The notes under the pieces are model-generated. The model had not been told where the DNA came from, did no database searches, and worked only from the letters and a program-made list of their open reading frames with translations. Positions 35,673 through 45,984 of a stretch of 49,264 nt of DNA are shown one piece after another (position 1 is the first letter of the stretch; every line of letters begins with the position of its first letter). The DNA comes from Acidimicrobiia bacterium (GTDB taxonomy: Bacteria; Actinomycetota; Acidimicrobiia; Spongiisociales; UBA11373). The position numbers and the translations under genes are program-made. The stretch is from positions 124,001 to 173,264 of the forward strand of contig JBBDMM010000002.1 in NCBI GenBank assembly GCA_040878325.1. The letters are read 5' to 3'.

Positions 35673-36896
35673 ATGCGCGGGAAATCATTCCGCCGATGGT
35701 TCGCCGTGATCGCCGTGTTCGCCATTGTGGCGGCGGCGTGCGGTGACGACGATGCCACGACAACCACTGGAGGGGCAGGCGAGGAGTTCGTCTTCGGGAT
35801 GATCCTCGTCGGCCCACAAAACGACCGGGGCTGGAGTCAGGCGCACTTCGAGGCGGGGCAATACCTCGAGGAGAAGCTCGGGGCGAGGATGATCGTCCTC
35901 GACCGGGTGAACACTGCCGACCGGCCCGAGACGACAGTCGATCAGGTGATCGACGACATGGTGGCCCAGGGAGCCCAGCTCATCTTCGCCACCTCGGACG
36001 ACATGAAGGACGGGGCACTCCTCGGAGCGGAGCGCAACCCCGATGTGCCGATGATTTGGGCATCCGGTGACAACGCCTGGGTGGACGGGAAGGACCATCG
36101 GCCCGACCTCGACAATCTGGGCAACGTGATGGGGCGGATGGAGTACGGCAAGATGATTGCCGGCTGCGCCGCCGCGCTGACCACCGAAACCGGAGACATC
36201 GGGTACCTCGGACCGCTCATCAACGATGAGACGAGGCGACTGACCAACTCGGCCTACCTCGGCGCCCAATACTGCTGGGAGAACTTCCGGGGCAACGATC
36301 CGGCGACCCTTGGATTCAGTGTCAACTGGATCGGGTTCTGGTTCAACATCCCGGGATTCACCCTCGATCCGACGCTGGTGGCAAACGACTTCTTCGACTC
36401 GGGCGCAGACGTCGTGATCTCCGGCATCGACACCACCGAGGGCCTTGTCGTCGCCGGCCAGCGGGCCGCGGGCGGCGAGAGCGTGTGGGCGGTGCCTTAT
36501 GACTACGAAGGGGCCTGCCAAGAGGCGCCCGAGATCTGCCTCGGCGTTCCCTACTTCCATTGGGGCCCGGCGTATCTCGAAGTAGCGCAGTCGGTGATCG
36601 ACGGCACCTTCGAGGCCACCTGGGTGTGGAACGGCCCCGATTGGGACGACATCAACAACCCGGACACGACGGCGATCGGTTGGATCGCCGGTGGCGGCCT
36701 CTCCGAAGAGGCAGCCGCTGATCTGGCGACCTTCATCGAAGGTCTCGCCGACGGCTCGATCAATCTGTACGTGGGGCCCCTCAACTACCAGGACGGATCG
36801 GAGTTCCTCGCCGATGGCGAAGAGGCCACCGACTTCCAGATCTGGTACGCCGAGCAGCTGCTCGAAGGAATGGTCGGAGCCAGCTCCGCCGAGTGA
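35673..36896 (+). CDS. BMP-family ABC substrate-binding lipoprotein (nucleoside/purine)
   Basis: AAAC lipobox, GPQNDRGWSQAH, IFATS, GADVV. Confidence 0.88.
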   Translation: MRGKSFRRWFAVIAVFAIVAAACGDDDATTTTGGAGEEFVFGMILVGPQNDRGWSQAHFEAGQYLEEKLGARMIVLDRVNTADRPETTVDQVIDDMVAQGAQLIFATSDDMKDGALLGAERNPDVPMIWASGDNAWVDGKDHRPDLDNLGNVMGRMEYGKMIAGCAAALTTETGDIGYLGPLINDETRRLTNSAYLGAQYCWENFRGNDPATLGFSVNWIGFWFNIPGFTLDPTLVANDFFDSGADVVISGIDTTEGLVVAGQRAAGGESVWAVPYDYEGACQEAPEICLGVPYFHWGPAYLEVAQSVIDGTFEATWVWNGPDWDDINNPDTTAIGWIAGGGLSEEAAADLATFIEGLADGSINLYVGPLNYQDGSEFLADGEEATDFQIWYAEQLLEGMVGASSAE

Positions 36897-36907
36897 CCGA
36901 CACCCTG

Positions 36908-36956
36908 CCCGCGGCGCGGGGAGAGGGCACTGATGCCCTTTCCCCCGCCGCGGCGC
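36908..36956. terminator. Intercistronic stem-loop
   Basis: CGCGGCG.GGGGA.AGGGCA-CTGA-TGCCCT.TCCCC.CGCCGCG. Confidence 0.55.
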
Positions 36957-36987
36957 CGGGACCTCTCCCCCTACTCTCCCCCCGGCG

Positions 36988-38448
36988 ATGAGCCTTGAGC
37001 TACGCGCCATCCACAAGCACTTCGGAACGGTGCGCGCCAACGACGGTGTGTCGCTGATTGTGGAACGCGGCTCTCTCCACGGCCTTCTCGGTGAGAACGG
37101 CGCCGGCAAGTCCACTCTGATGAAGGTGCTGTCGGGCTTCATCGAGGCCGACTCCGGCGAAGTGCTGCTCGACGGCGAGACCGTCGCCCTCGCTTCACCC
37201 CGCGATGCCATTGCCGCCGGCATCGGCATGCTCCATCAGGACCCTCTCGTCTTCCTTCCGTTCTCCGTTCTCGACAACTTCCTGCTCGGGACCCACGCGA
37301 CGAGCGACCGGTCGGCCGCAAAGGCGGAGCTCGAACGCCTCAGCCGTACATTCGGTTTCGCTTTCGATCCCGACGCTCCCGCCAGGAGCCTCACCGTCGG
37401 CGAGAGGCAACAACTCGAGATCGTCCGGCTCCTGTCGCTGGGCGCCAAAGTGCTGATCCTCGACGAGCCCACCACCGGGATCTCCGCTTCGCAGCAGGCG
37501 CTGCTATTCGCAACTCTGCGCACCCTCGCCGCCGAGGGATTGATCGTGATCTTCGTGTCCCACAAACTCGAAGAAGTGGAAGCCCTCTGCGACCGGGTCA
37601 CCGTGATGCGGCAAGGCCAGGCCGTGGGGGAACTGCCCCTTCCGGCTCCGGTGGAACGACTGGTCGAGATGATGTTCGGCCATGCGGTAGAGGTGGCCGA
37701 ACGGTCGCCCGGCAGCCCAGGTGGGGCGGCGCTCGAACTCGACGGGATCGCCGCCACCGACCGCCTCACCGCACTCGAGGGGTTGTCGCTCGAAATCCGC
37801 CAGGGCGAAGTGATCGGCCTCGCCGGACTGGAGGGCAGCGGGCAGCGAACCCTCCTCCGCACCTGTGTTGGCCTGATCGCACCCACCTCGGGAAGCGTCC
37901 GGTGCGGTGACGCCGACCTCACCTCCCGCGGCTACCACGAGCGACTCGCAGCCGGCATCCATTACGTCCCGGCGGGGCGACTCGAGGAAGGCCTGATCCA
38001 CGGGGTGACCATCACCGAGCACTTCCTGCTGTCCACGCCAAAGACAGGCCCGGTCATCGACTGGGCGGCGGCCCGACGCGCCGCCAAGGCGAAGATTGAG
38101 GAGCACGCCATCGTCGGCACCACCGACTCCAGCGCCGAGTCATTGTCGGGCGGGAATCAGCAACGGCTTCTTCTCGCGATGATGCCCGACGAGGTGAGGG
38201 TCCTGCTCATGGAGCACCCCACCCGCGGTCTCGACATCGCCTCCGCCGATTGGGTGTGGACGAAACTGCTCGAGCGGGTCGCCAAGGGGACCGCCATCGT
38301 CTTCTCCTCGGCCGACCTCGACGAACTGCTTCGGTACAGCGATCGCATCGTCGTGTTCTTCGGCGGACGGGTGTTCAAAGTGCTCGACGCCCGGGAGACA
38401 GATGCCAACCGGCTGGCCCAAATGATCGGCGGGAGGGACCTCCCGTGA
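36988..38448 (+). CDS. ABC transporter ATP-binding protein (two NBDs, CUT2 type)
   Basis: GENGAGKST, LILDEPT, LSGGNQQ, EHPTRGLD. Confidence 0.93.
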   Translation: MSLELRAIHKHFGTVRANDGVSLIVERGSLHGLLGENGAGKSTLMKVLSGFIEADSGEVLLDGETVALASPRDAIAAGIGMLHQDPLVFLPFSVLDNFLLGTHATSDRSAAKAELERLSRTFGFAFDPDAPARSLTVGERQQLEIVRLLSLGAKVLILDEPTTGISASQQALLFATLRTLAAEGLIVIFVSHKLEEVEALCDRVTVMRQGQAVGELPLPAPVERLVEMMFGHAVEVAERSPGSPGGAALELDGIAATDRLTALEGLSLEIRQGEVIGLAGLEGSGQRTLLRTCVGLIAPTSGSVRCGDADLTSRGYHERLAAGIHYVPAGRLEEGLIHGVTITEHFLLSTPKTGPVIDWAAARRAAKAKIEEHAIVGTTDSSAESLSGGNQQRLLLAMMPDEVRVLLMEHPTRGLDIASADWVWTKLLERVAKGTAIVFSSADLDELLRYSDRIVVFFGGRVFKVLDARETDANRLAQMIGGRDLP

Positions 38449-39494
38449 ACCACCGGCGCCTGAACTTCGGGGCAGGTTCGCGACTGGTCGCGGTCGTCCT
38501 CGCCGTCGGGTTCACCTCCTTGCTCATCGTTGTCGCCGGTGCCTCGCCGATCGAGGCCTTCAAGCTGCTGTGGGAGGGCTCGGTGGGCACCCAGGACAAA
38601 CTCGCCAACACCCTCATGACCTGGGTTCCATTGGTGCTTGCGTCGGCGGGGCTCGTCGTCACGTTCTCGGCCGGTCTGTGGAACATCGGGGTGGAGGGCC
38701 AAATCGTCATGGGAGCGGTCGCGGCCTCGTGGGTGGCGCGTGAGGTGAGTATCGGGACGCCGGGGATCGTCACCCTGGCTCTCATCGCCGGCCTGCTCGC
38801 GGGCTTGTTGTGGGGCCTTCTTGCCGGGGCACTACGGGTCTACGGGCGGGTCAACGAGATCTTCGGCGGCCTCGGCCTCGACTTCGTCGCCACCGGATTC
38901 GTCGTGTACCTCGTCATCGGGCCGTGGAAGCGGGCAGGCATCGCATCGACCAGCGGCACCGACCCGTTCCCCCGGGACTCCTGGCTCCCCACGATCGGCA
39001 ACAAGCTGGCACCGATCGCGTTGATCCTCGCGGTCGCCGGAGTGGTCGGGGTCCTCTACCTGATGCGGGGCACCTACTTCGGGCTCCGACTCAAGGCGGT
39101 CGGCGCCAACCCGGCGAGCGCGTTCATCATCGGCATTCAGACCCACCGTTACCTGCTGGCCGCAATGGCGATCGGGGGCGCCCTCGCTGGCGTCGCCGGC
39201 ACCATCCAGGCGATCGGGTTCCAGCACAAGTTGGTACCGTCGATATCGGGGGGTTACGGCTTCCTTGGCATCCTGGTGGTGCTGCTGGCGTCCTACCGCG
39301 CCGCGCTGATTGCCCCGATCGCCTTCTTCTTCGTGATGATCTCGGTGGGCAGCAGCCAGCTGTCATTACGCCTCGGCCTCGACTCATCGATCGGGGGCGT
39401 TATCCAGGGCAGCCTGGTGCTGATCGCCATCCTGGTCGGCGGGTGGCAGGTACAGCGTGCCCGGCGTCGCGCGGTACCCACGGTGGAGGCCTGA
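38445..39494 (+). CDS. ABC transporter permease
   Basis: GLWNIGVEGQ, VNEI, GYGFLGILV. Confidence 0.9.
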   Translation: MNHRRLNFGAGSRLVAVVLAVGFTSLLIVVAGASPIEAFKLLWEGSVGTQDKLANTLMTWVPLVLASAGLVVTFSAGLWNIGVEGQIVMGAVAASWVAREVSIGTPGIVTLALIAGLLAGLLWGLLAGALRVYGRVNEIFGGLGLDFVATGFVVYLVIGPWKRAGIASTSGTDPFPRDSWLPTIGNKLAPIALILAVAGVVGVLYLMRGTYFGLRLKAVGANPASAFIIGIQTHRYLLAAMAIGGALAGVAGTIQAIGFQHKLVPSISGGYGFLGILVVLLASYRAALIAPIAFFFVMISVGSSQLSLRLGLDSSIGGVIQGSLVLIAILVGGWQVQRARRRAVPTVEA

Positions 39495-39496
39495 CC

Positions 39497-40444
39497 GTGG
39501 AAGCCACGTTCGCCACCATCGTCGCCGCGGCGGCTCCGCTGATCTACGCCACCATGGGCGAGACGATCACCGAGAAGGCCGGGGTCATCAACCTGTCGCT
39601 CGACGGCAGCATCCTGCTCTCGGCAATGACCGGGTTCGCCACCACCTATGTCACCGGAAGTGTGATGCTCGGCTTCGTCGCCGCCATGGTCGTGTCGATG
39701 GTCATCGCCGCCCTCATCGCCTTCGCCAGCATCGAGTTGAAGCTCAACCAGATCGCGGTCGGGTTCGTGCTCACCCTTTTCGCCGCCGAACTCAGCTCGT
39801 TCCTCGGGAAGTCGTATGTCGGGGTCCGCGGCACCCATGTCCCCCACCTGGAGATCCCGTGGCTTTCCGAAATCCCCTTCTTCGGCAAGGTGCTCTTCGA
39901 CCACAACCTGTCGGTGTATGGGTCGTTCGTGGCGCTGATCGTCGCCTACCTGTTCATCTTCCGAACCAAGCGGGGCCTCGAACTCCAGGGGATCGGCGAG
40001 CGGCCCGATGCGGCCTTCGCCCGGGGGATCCCCGTCAACAAACTCCGCTACGTGTACACCATCGTCGGCGGCGCCCTCGTCGGCCTCGCCGGCGCCGCCT
40101 TCTCGCTGGACGTGAAGTTCGGCTGGCGGGAGAACCTGACCCTCAACTTCGGATGGATCGCGCTGGCGATCGTCATCTTCGGCGGCTGGCACCCGGTTCG
40201 AGCGGCGTTCGGGTGCTACCTGTTCGGAGCGCTCCAGGTGGTGGCGCTCAAACTGCAGCCGGTGCCGGCGCTGCAGAGCTTCTCGCAGATCCTCCCCATC
40301 CTCCCCTTCGTGCTGATGATCTTCACCATGGTGATCGTGTACCTCGACGGGTTCCGCAGGTTCGGCGAACGCCACCCCCGATGGCGGCGGCTGTTCGCGT
40401 CCGATCCACCGGCGGGCATCGGGAGGGTGTTCGAGAGGGAGTGA
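39497..40444 (+). CDS. ABC transporter permease
   Basis: GETITEKAGVINLSLDG, GERPDAA, GWIALAIVIFGGW. Confidence 0.9.
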   Translation: MEATFATIVAAAAPLIYATMGETITEKAGVINLSLDGSILLSAMTGFATTYVTGSVMLGFVAAMVVSMVIAALIAFASIELKLNQIAVGFVLTLFAAELSSFLGKSYVGVRGTHVPHLEIPWLSEIPFFGKVLFDHNLSVYGSFVALIVAYLFIFRTKRGLELQGIGERPDAAFARGIPVNKLRYVYTIVGGALVGLAGAAFSLDVKFGWRENLTLNFGWIALAIVIFGGWHPVRAAFGCYLFGALQVVALKLQPVPALQSFSQILPILPFVLMIFTMVIVYLDGFRRFGERHPRWRRLFASDPPAGIGRVFERE

Positions 40445-40449
40445 GGAGA

Positions 40450-40514
40450 TTCAAGAGTCAAGATTCAAGAATCAAGGCAAGGCTCTTGGCTCTTGGCTCT
40501 TGGCTCTTGGCTCT
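40450..40514. repeat. Inverted pair of heptamer arrays (NTCAAGR / GGCTCTT)
   Basis: ttcaaga gtcaaga ttcaaga atcaagg ... (ggctctt)x4. Confidence 0.88.
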
Positions 40515-41088
40515 ATCTGACGATTACCTCGTCGCCGACCCGCACGCGGTGCGCCCCCTCCAGGGTCTTCATGTCGAGGATGTAGCCGCGCATGCCGTCT
40601 TCGAGGAAGGCGAGGTGGTCGGCGATGTCATCGCGGGGGGCGACGTCGGGTCGGCCGAGCATGAATGAGGTGAACTCCCGGCAAGGGGTGGCCACCCGGG
40701 CGCCGCCGAGCGGCACCTCGCCATCGGCCGTCCTGACCACGACCACTCCCTCGAGGTCACTGACGGTGATCCGCCGGTCGGTCGCCACTATCAGGTTCTC
40801 TCCGGCGCATCCCAGCGGTGCGGATCCGAACCGTTCCGCGATCAGGTCGTAGTGGCCGGAGAATCCGATCGACAGCGCCCTCCGCCCACCGGCACGCGAG
40901 TTGGGATGGGCGGCGTGGTGGGCATCCATCACCCACGACCCCTCATGACGCCCGATCACCCCCGGCGGCCCGATGATCGCCTCCTCCACCGCCAGGATCG
41001 GACCCGAGTCGTACCCCTCCCCCTTGGCCTTCAACGGATCCCGCTGCACCTGGATACGGATGAGGAGGCCAAGGACGCGTTCGGGCAT
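40513..41088 (-). CDS. MOSC-like domain protein
   Basis: RALSI, GCAGENLIV, TPCREF, RVGDEV. Confidence 0.6.
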   Translation of the reverse strand: MPERVLGLLIRIQVQRDPLKAKGEGYDSGPILAVEEAIIGPPGVIGRHEGSWVMDAHHAAHPNSRAGGRRALSIGFSGHYDLIAERFGSAPLGCAGENLIVATDRRITVSDLEGVVVVRTADGEVPLGGARVATPCREFTSFMLGRPDVAPRDDIADHLAFLEDGMRGYILDMKTLEGAHRVRVGDEVIVR

Positions 41089-41127
41089 TCGGAGATCGTA
41101 GGGCCTGGTCAAGTCCAGGCGGCCCCC

Positions 41128-41200
41128 GCCTCCAGCAAAAGAGCGTCCTCCCCCGGCCTCCGGGGGAGGTGCCGAAGCGAAGCGAGGCGGAGGGGGCAGC
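41128..41200 (+). repeat. REP-like dispersed element, copy 1
   Basis: GCCTCCAGCAA..GAGCGTCCTCC..GGGGGAGGTG..CGGAGGGGGCAGC shared with the reverse complement of 48572-48652. Confidence 0.75.
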
Positions 41201-41243
41201 GGAGACAGCGTGCGACCCGACGCGACCTGACAAAGCGGGCGAA

Positions 41244-42002
41244 CTACCCGAAAACCACCTCATTCAGCAGGTCTGGCCTGTCGGTGATGATGCCGTCGAC
41301 GCCCATCGCCAGGAGTGTCTTCATCTGATCGGGGGCGTTCACGGTCCACACGTGAACTTGCTTGCCCGCTTTGTGGGCCGAGTCAACCAGCCGGGCCGAG
41401 GCGATCCGTCGGGGGATCTGCAACGCGTCGGCGATGCCCCGGACCGGCAGGCCCACCCGGCATGACGCCACCGCCTGGGCGAGTTCGCGGGGTCCCGCCG
41501 ACACCGCCACCCGGCCCCGAGTGAGACGGCGGAACTCGCGGATCCGCCAATCCCGAAACGACCCGATCAGCACCCGGTCCTGAGCCTGAAGGCGCTCGAT
41601 CTCGGACGCCACCACCTCCTCGATGCCCGCCTGCTTCAGGTCGATGTTGAAGAGAGCCTCGGGGAATGTCTGCAGCAGGTCCGCCAACAAGGGAACCTTC
41701 AGCCCGGTCCCCCGGAGGGGGAAGACCTCCGCCAGCTTGAAGTTGTAGGCGGCGTCCAAAGCCTGCAACTCGTCCCAGGTGCGCTCCCACACCCTCCCGA
41801 CGCCGTCGGTGAGTCGTTCGAGTCTGTCGTCGTGGAACACCACTACCCGGCCGTCGCGGGACACATGGACGTCGATCTCGAGGTACCGATATCCCATATC
41901 GACCGCCCCCTGGAACGCCACCATCGTGTTCTCCGGCCAAAGGACCCGGGAACCCCGGTGGGCCAAGCGGATGGGGTGCTCGTGGGAGAAATACGCTTTC
42001 AT
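41244..42002 (-). CDS. Glycerophosphodiester phosphodiesterase
   Basis: AHRG, PENT, EIDVH, VVFHD, NIDLK, WTVN, GVDGIITD. Confidence 0.93.
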   Translation of the reverse strand: MKAYFSHEHPIRLAHRGSRVLWPENTMVAFQGAVDMGYRYLEIDVHVSRDGRVVVFHDDRLERLTDGVGRVWERTWDELQALDAAYNFKLAEVFPLRGTGLKVPLLADLLQTFPEALFNIDLKQAGIEEVVASEIERLQAQDRVLIGSFRDWRIREFRRLTRGRVAVSAGPRELAQAVASCRVGLPVRGIADALQIPRRIASARLVDSAHKAGKQVHVWTVNAPDQMKTLLAMGVDGIITDRPDLLNEVVFG

Positions 42003-42017
42003 TGGCTCCTCGAAAGC

Positions 42018-42090
42018 CGCAATGCGCGATGCGCAATGAGCAACGCGCCCCATGAAACGGTCGCGCATCGCGCATCGCGCATCGCGCATG
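42018..42090. repeat. Inverted pair of heptamer arrays
   Basis: cgcaatg cgcgatg cgcaatg agcaacg ... (tcgcgca)x4. Confidence 0.88.
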
Positions 42091-42096
42091 GGGTTC

Positions 42097-43299
42097 TCAC
42101 GCCACCACCTCCCCGCGCTTGACCACCTTCCATACCAACGCACTTCCCGGGCGGTAGGGGATGTGGGAGTAGGAGGGGGCGTCGAAGATGGTCAGGTCGG
42201 CAAGGGTGCCGGGAGTCACTCTGCCGCGGTCGTCGAGACGCAGGGCCTGCGCTCCGCCCAGGGTGGCCGCCCACACGGCCTCCTCCGGGGTGAGACCCAT
42301 CTCGAGACAGGCGAGCGCGATCACGAAGGGCATGCTCTCGACATTGGAGGTGCCCGGGTTGCAGTCGGTGGCCAGGGCAACGGTGACCCCGGCGTCCCAC
42401 ACCATGCGCCCGGGCGCCTGCGGAGAACGCATCGAGAACGAGGCGGCAGGCAACAACACGGCGACCACGCCGGCCTCCCGGAGGAGGACGGCATCCTCGT
42501 CGGTCACGTGATCGAGGTGATCGGCCGATGCCGAGCCGATCTCGGCGGCGAGGGCGGCGGCGCCGGTGTGGGCGAGTTGCTCGGCGTGCAACTTGGCCCC
42601 CAGGCCGAGCCCGGCGGCGGCGCTCAGGATCCGCCGGGCGTCGTCGACCGTGAAGGCGCCGCGATCGCAGAAGACATCACACCACTCGGCGAGCGGCGCG
42701 CACGCCGGCAGCATCTCGTCGACGACCAGGTCGACATATTCCGATCGGTCCATCCCCCGATCCGGCACATGGGCGCCGAGAAAGGTGGCGACCACATCCA
42801 CCGGCGAGCGGCGTCCCGCCTCGATGGCTGCCTCGAGGATCCGCACCTCATCCGCCGTGGTCAGGCCGTACCCGGACTTCACCTCGACGGTGGTGGTGCC
42901 CGAGGCGAGCATCCGGCCGAGGCGGGCCACTGCCTCGTCTGCGAGCCGATCGGTCGGCGTCGACCGGGTGGCCGCAACCGTCGAGTGGATCCCGCCGCCG
43001 GCGGCGAGGATCTCCTCGTAAGACTCGCCGCGCAGGCGCCGGGCGAACTCTTCCGATCGATCACCGGCGAACACCGCATGGGTGTGCGAGTCGACGAACC
43101 CCGGCAGCACCGCCCGCCCTTCACAGTCGATGGCGTCGGCGTCGCGATGAGCCTTGGGGAGGTCGCGGGTCGATCCAGCCCAGACGACTCGATCCCCGTC
43201 CAGGGCGACCGCGGCGTCCTCGATGAGGCCCAGATCGCCGGGTACACCGGAGGCGTTGGTGACGAGTTGACCGATGTTCGTCAGTGTGAGGGTGGTCAC
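42097..43299 (-). CDS. hutI: Imidazolonepropionase
   Basis: PGFVDSHTHAVF, EVKSGYGL, FLGAH, KLHAEQL, SADHL, ATDCNPG. Confidence 0.96.
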   Translation of the reverse strand: MTTLTLTNIGQLVTNASGVPGDLGLIEDAAVALDGDRVVWAGSTRDLPKAHRDADAIDCEGRAVLPGFVDSHTHAVFAGDRSEEFARRLRGESYEEILAAGGGIHSTVAATRSTPTDRLADEAVARLGRMLASGTTTVEVKSGYGLTTADEVRILEAAIEAGRRSPVDVVATFLGAHVPDRGMDRSEYVDLVVDEMLPACAPLAEWCDVFCDRGAFTVDDARRILSAAAGLGLGAKLHAEQLAHTGAAALAAEIGSASADHLDHVTDEDAVLLREAGVVAVLLPAASFSMRSPQAPGRMVWDAGVTVALATDCNPGTSNVESMPFVIALACLEMGLTPEEAVWAATLGGAQALRLDDRGRVTPGTLADLTIFDAPSYSHIPYRPGSALVWKVVKRGEVVA

Positions 43300-43300
43300 G

Positions 43301-43407
43301 ATTGGCAATTGGCAGATGGGAGGCAAATGGCGATGCGCAATGCGCGATGCGCAACGCGACCCGACCGCCCGACCAGCATGTCGCGCATTGCGCATTGCGC
43401 ATTGCGG
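43301..43407. repeat. Inverted pair of heptamer arrays
   Basis: attggca attggca ... gcgatgc gcaatgc gcgatgc ... tcgcgca ttgcgca ttgcgca ttgcgg. Confidence 0.85.
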
Positions 43408-43447
43408 TCTCCACGGAAGCCCACCGAAAGGTCGACCGCCAACCCCC

Positions 43448-45106
43448 TCACCCCTCCTCCATCGGAATCCGCACCCCGCGCTCGTGGGCCACCTCGATGG
43501 CGCGCTCGTAACCGGCGTCGGCGTGGCGCATCACGCCCGTCCCGGGATCGTTGGTGAGCACCCGCTCCACCCGGAATGCGCCGTCGTCGGTGCCGTCGGC
43601 GACCACCTGGGCACCGGCGTGGATCGACTTGCCGATGCCCACTCCCCCGCCGTGATGGACCGCCACCCAGGCGGCGCCGGAGGCGGTGTTGAGCAGAGCG
43701 TTGAGAATCGGCCAGTCGGCGATGGCATCCGACCCGTCGAGCATCGCCTCGGTCTCCCGGTACGGAGAGGCAACCGATCCCGAGTCGAGGTGGTCCCTTC
43801 CGATCACGATCGGGGCCGACACCGCGCCGGACCGAACCAAATCGTTGAACGCCAGGCCGGCCTTGTCGCGTTCGCCATATCCGAGCCAGCAGATCCGGGA
43901 GGGGAGCCCCTGAAACTGCACCCGTTCCTCCGCCATGTCGAGCCAGCGGTGGAGTGCCCGATCCTCGGGGAACAAGTCGCGGACCGCCCGATCGGTGGCA
44001 GCGATGTCGGCGGGATCGCCGCTCAACGCCACCCAGCGGAAGGGACCCTTGCCTTCAGCGAACAGTGGCCGGACATAGGCAGGGACGAACCCGGGGTAGG
44101 CGAAGGCGTCCTCGAACCCGCCGAGGCGGGCCTCCCCGCGCAAGTTGTTGCCGTAGTCGAAGACTTCGGCGCCGGCCTTCATGAAACCCACCATCGCCTC
44201 GCAATGCTGGGCCATGGAGTCACGCGCCTGCTCGACATACCAGCCGGGGTCCTTGTCGCGCAGCTTCGGCGCCTCGTGCACCTCGATCCCGATCGGGACG
44301 TATCCGGCCAGTGGGTCGTGTGCCGAGGTCTGGTCGGTGACGATGTCGATCTCGATCCCGCGCCGCAGCAACTCCGGGAATACCTCGGCGGCATTGCCGA
44401 CCACTCCGATCGACAACGCCCGCAATTCGGCTCGGGCGGCGAGAGCGGACTCGATGGCGGCGTCGAGCGATGGAGCGAACTCGTCGAGATAGCGGGTGTC
44501 GATCCTCCGCTGGATGTGGTCGGGATCGATCTCCACGCACAATGCCACCCCGCCATTCATCGTGATCGCCAGCGGCTGGGCGCCACCCATCCCCCCCAGC
44601 CCGGCGGTGAGGGTCAGGGTCCCGGCGAGGGTGCCACCGAACCGCTGGTCGGCGATCGCTGCAAAGGTCTGATAGGTGCCCTGGAGGATCCCCTGGGTGC
44701 CGATGTAGATCCAGGACCCGGCCGTCATTTGCCCGTACATGGTGAGGCCGGCCGCCTCCAGCTCGCGGAAGGTCTCCCAATCGGCCCAGTCAGGGACCAA
44801 GAGGCTGTTGGCGATGAGCACCCTCGGCGCCATCGGGTGGGTGCGAAAGACGCCCACCGGCTTCCCCGATTGGACCAGCAGAGTCTCGTCGTCTTCGAGC
44901 GCCGTCAGCGAGCGGACGATGGCATCGAACGCTTGCCAGGATCGCGCCGCGCGGCCGGTACCGCCGTAGACGACCAGATCCTCCGGCCGCTCGGCCACCT
45001 CCGGGTCGAGGTTGTTCATCAGGCAGCGCAGTGCGGCCTCCTGCAACCAACCCTTGGTAGTGAGGGTGGAACCCCGTGAGGCCCGAACGGTGCGGGGGGA
45101 GGACAT
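43448..45106 (-). CDS. hutU: Urocanate hydratase
   Basis: [51 protein letters not shown]. Confidence 0.98.
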   Translation of the reverse strand: MSSPRTVRASRGSTLTTKGWLQEAALRCLMNNLDPEVAERPEDLVVYGGTGRAARSWQAFDAIVRSLTALEDDETLLVQSGKPVGVFRTHPMAPRVLIANSLLVPDWADWETFRELEAAGLTMYGQMTAGSWIYIGTQGILQGTYQTFAAIADQRFGGTLAGTLTLTAGLGGMGGAQPLAITMNGGVALCVEIDPDHIQRRIDTRYLDEFAPSLDAAIESALAARAELRALSIGVVGNAAEVFPELLRRGIEIDIVTDQTSAHDPLAGYVPIGIEVHEAPKLRDKDPGWYVEQARDSMAQHCEAMVGFMKAGAEVFDYGNNLRGEARLGGFEDAFAYPGFVPAYVRPLFAEGKGPFRWVALSGDPADIAATDRAVRDLFPEDRALHRWLDMAEERVQFQGLPSRICWLGYGERDKAGLAFNDLVRSGAVSAPIVIGRDHLDSGSVASPYRETEAMLDGSDAIADWPILNALLNTASGAAWVAVHHGGGVGIGKSIHAGAQVVADGTDDGAFRVERVLTNDPGTGVMRHADAGYERAIEVAHERGVRIPMEEG

Positions 45107-45184
45107 GGGGGTCAGGGTACCGAACGCCGACCGCCACCCGCCTCCCGCAAGACAGCGGCCAGCCCTCCAGACCCCTACAGCCCT

Positions 45185-45230
45185 TCGCGCATCGCGCATT
45201 GCTCATTGCGGGCCGAGCGAAGCGAGGCCC
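45185..45230 (-). repeat. Head motif + heptamer array (reverse orientation)
   Basis: Minus strand GGGCCTCGCTTCGCTCGGCC-cgcaatg agcaatg cgcgatg cgcga. Confidence 0.85.
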
Positions 45231-45274
45231 AACCCCTCTACCCTCGGAGCGTCGCACACGCGCCGGAGGACCCC

Positions 45275-45877
45275 ATGCAGCCCACCTTCGTCTACCGACA
45301 TGCGGTGAATCCCGGCAAGGGACTCGCCGTCAGCGGCATCTTCTTGATCAAGGCGGTTCTCGCACTACCCCATTTGATCGTGGTCGGCGTATTGGCGAAC
45401 GTGTCCGTGGTCGTCGCCTACATCGGGTTTTGGTTCGCCGCGATCAAGGGCGAGATGCCGACCGGCGTCTACCAACTGATCGAAATCCATTTCAGGTGGA
45501 CCGCACGGACCTACGGGTGGTTGATCGGATACACCGACCTGTATCCACCCTTCGAGACGCAACCCCAGTACCCAACGGATGCGAGGATGGAACCCCCGAC
45601 CAACCCGAACAAGAACTGGGCCATCGCCGGGATCATCCTTCCCGTGAAGGTCCTCGCCCTGCTCCCCCACTTGGTCGCACTGGTGTTCGTCACCCTGGCG
45701 GCGGTGCTAGCCACGTGGTTCGGCTACTTCGCGGTGGCGTTCACCGGCGCCCTTCCGGTCGGCATCCAGGACTTCGTAGCCGGAGTCGGCCAGTGGAACC
45801 TGCGGGTCTACGCATTCCTATTCGGGATCACGGACGAGTACCCGAAGTTCTCGTTCGACGCGACTCCTGCGGCGTAG
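45275..45877 (+). CDS. DUF4389 domain membrane protein
   Basis: Two internal repeats LALPHL..W..R..Y...TD.YP.F. Confidence 0.85.
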   Translation: MQPTFVYRHAVNPGKGLAVSGIFLIKAVLALPHLIVVGVLANVSVVVAYIGFWFAAIKGEMPTGVYQLIEIHFRWTARTYGWLIGYTDLYPPFETQPQYPTDARMEPPTNPNKNWAIAGIILPVKVLALLPHLVALVFVTLAAVLATWFGYFAVAFTGALPVGIQDFVAGVGQWNLRVYAFLFGITDEYPKFSFDATPAA

Positions 45878-45894
45878 ACCTACCGTCGAATGGA

Positions 45895-45984
45895 GGCGAA
45901 CGGCGAACGGCCAGATAGAGCCACGGCGCGGAGTGGCTTGCCTGGCGGTTCTGGCTGTGGGCTGTAGGCCGTCGGCCGTTGGCT
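45895..45984. repeat. Degenerate inverted heptamer arrays
   Basis: ggcgaac ggcgaac ggccag ... ggctgtg ggctgta ggccgtc ggccgtt ggct. Confidence 0.75.

Noticed and set aside
42003..42143. N-terminal extensions such as MRDARCA/RIAHCA on GDPD, hutI, hutU, sigma, helicase and HAD ORFs
   Set aside because: They are translations of intergenic heptamer arrays or neighbouring genes; starts were reassigned to downstream codons.
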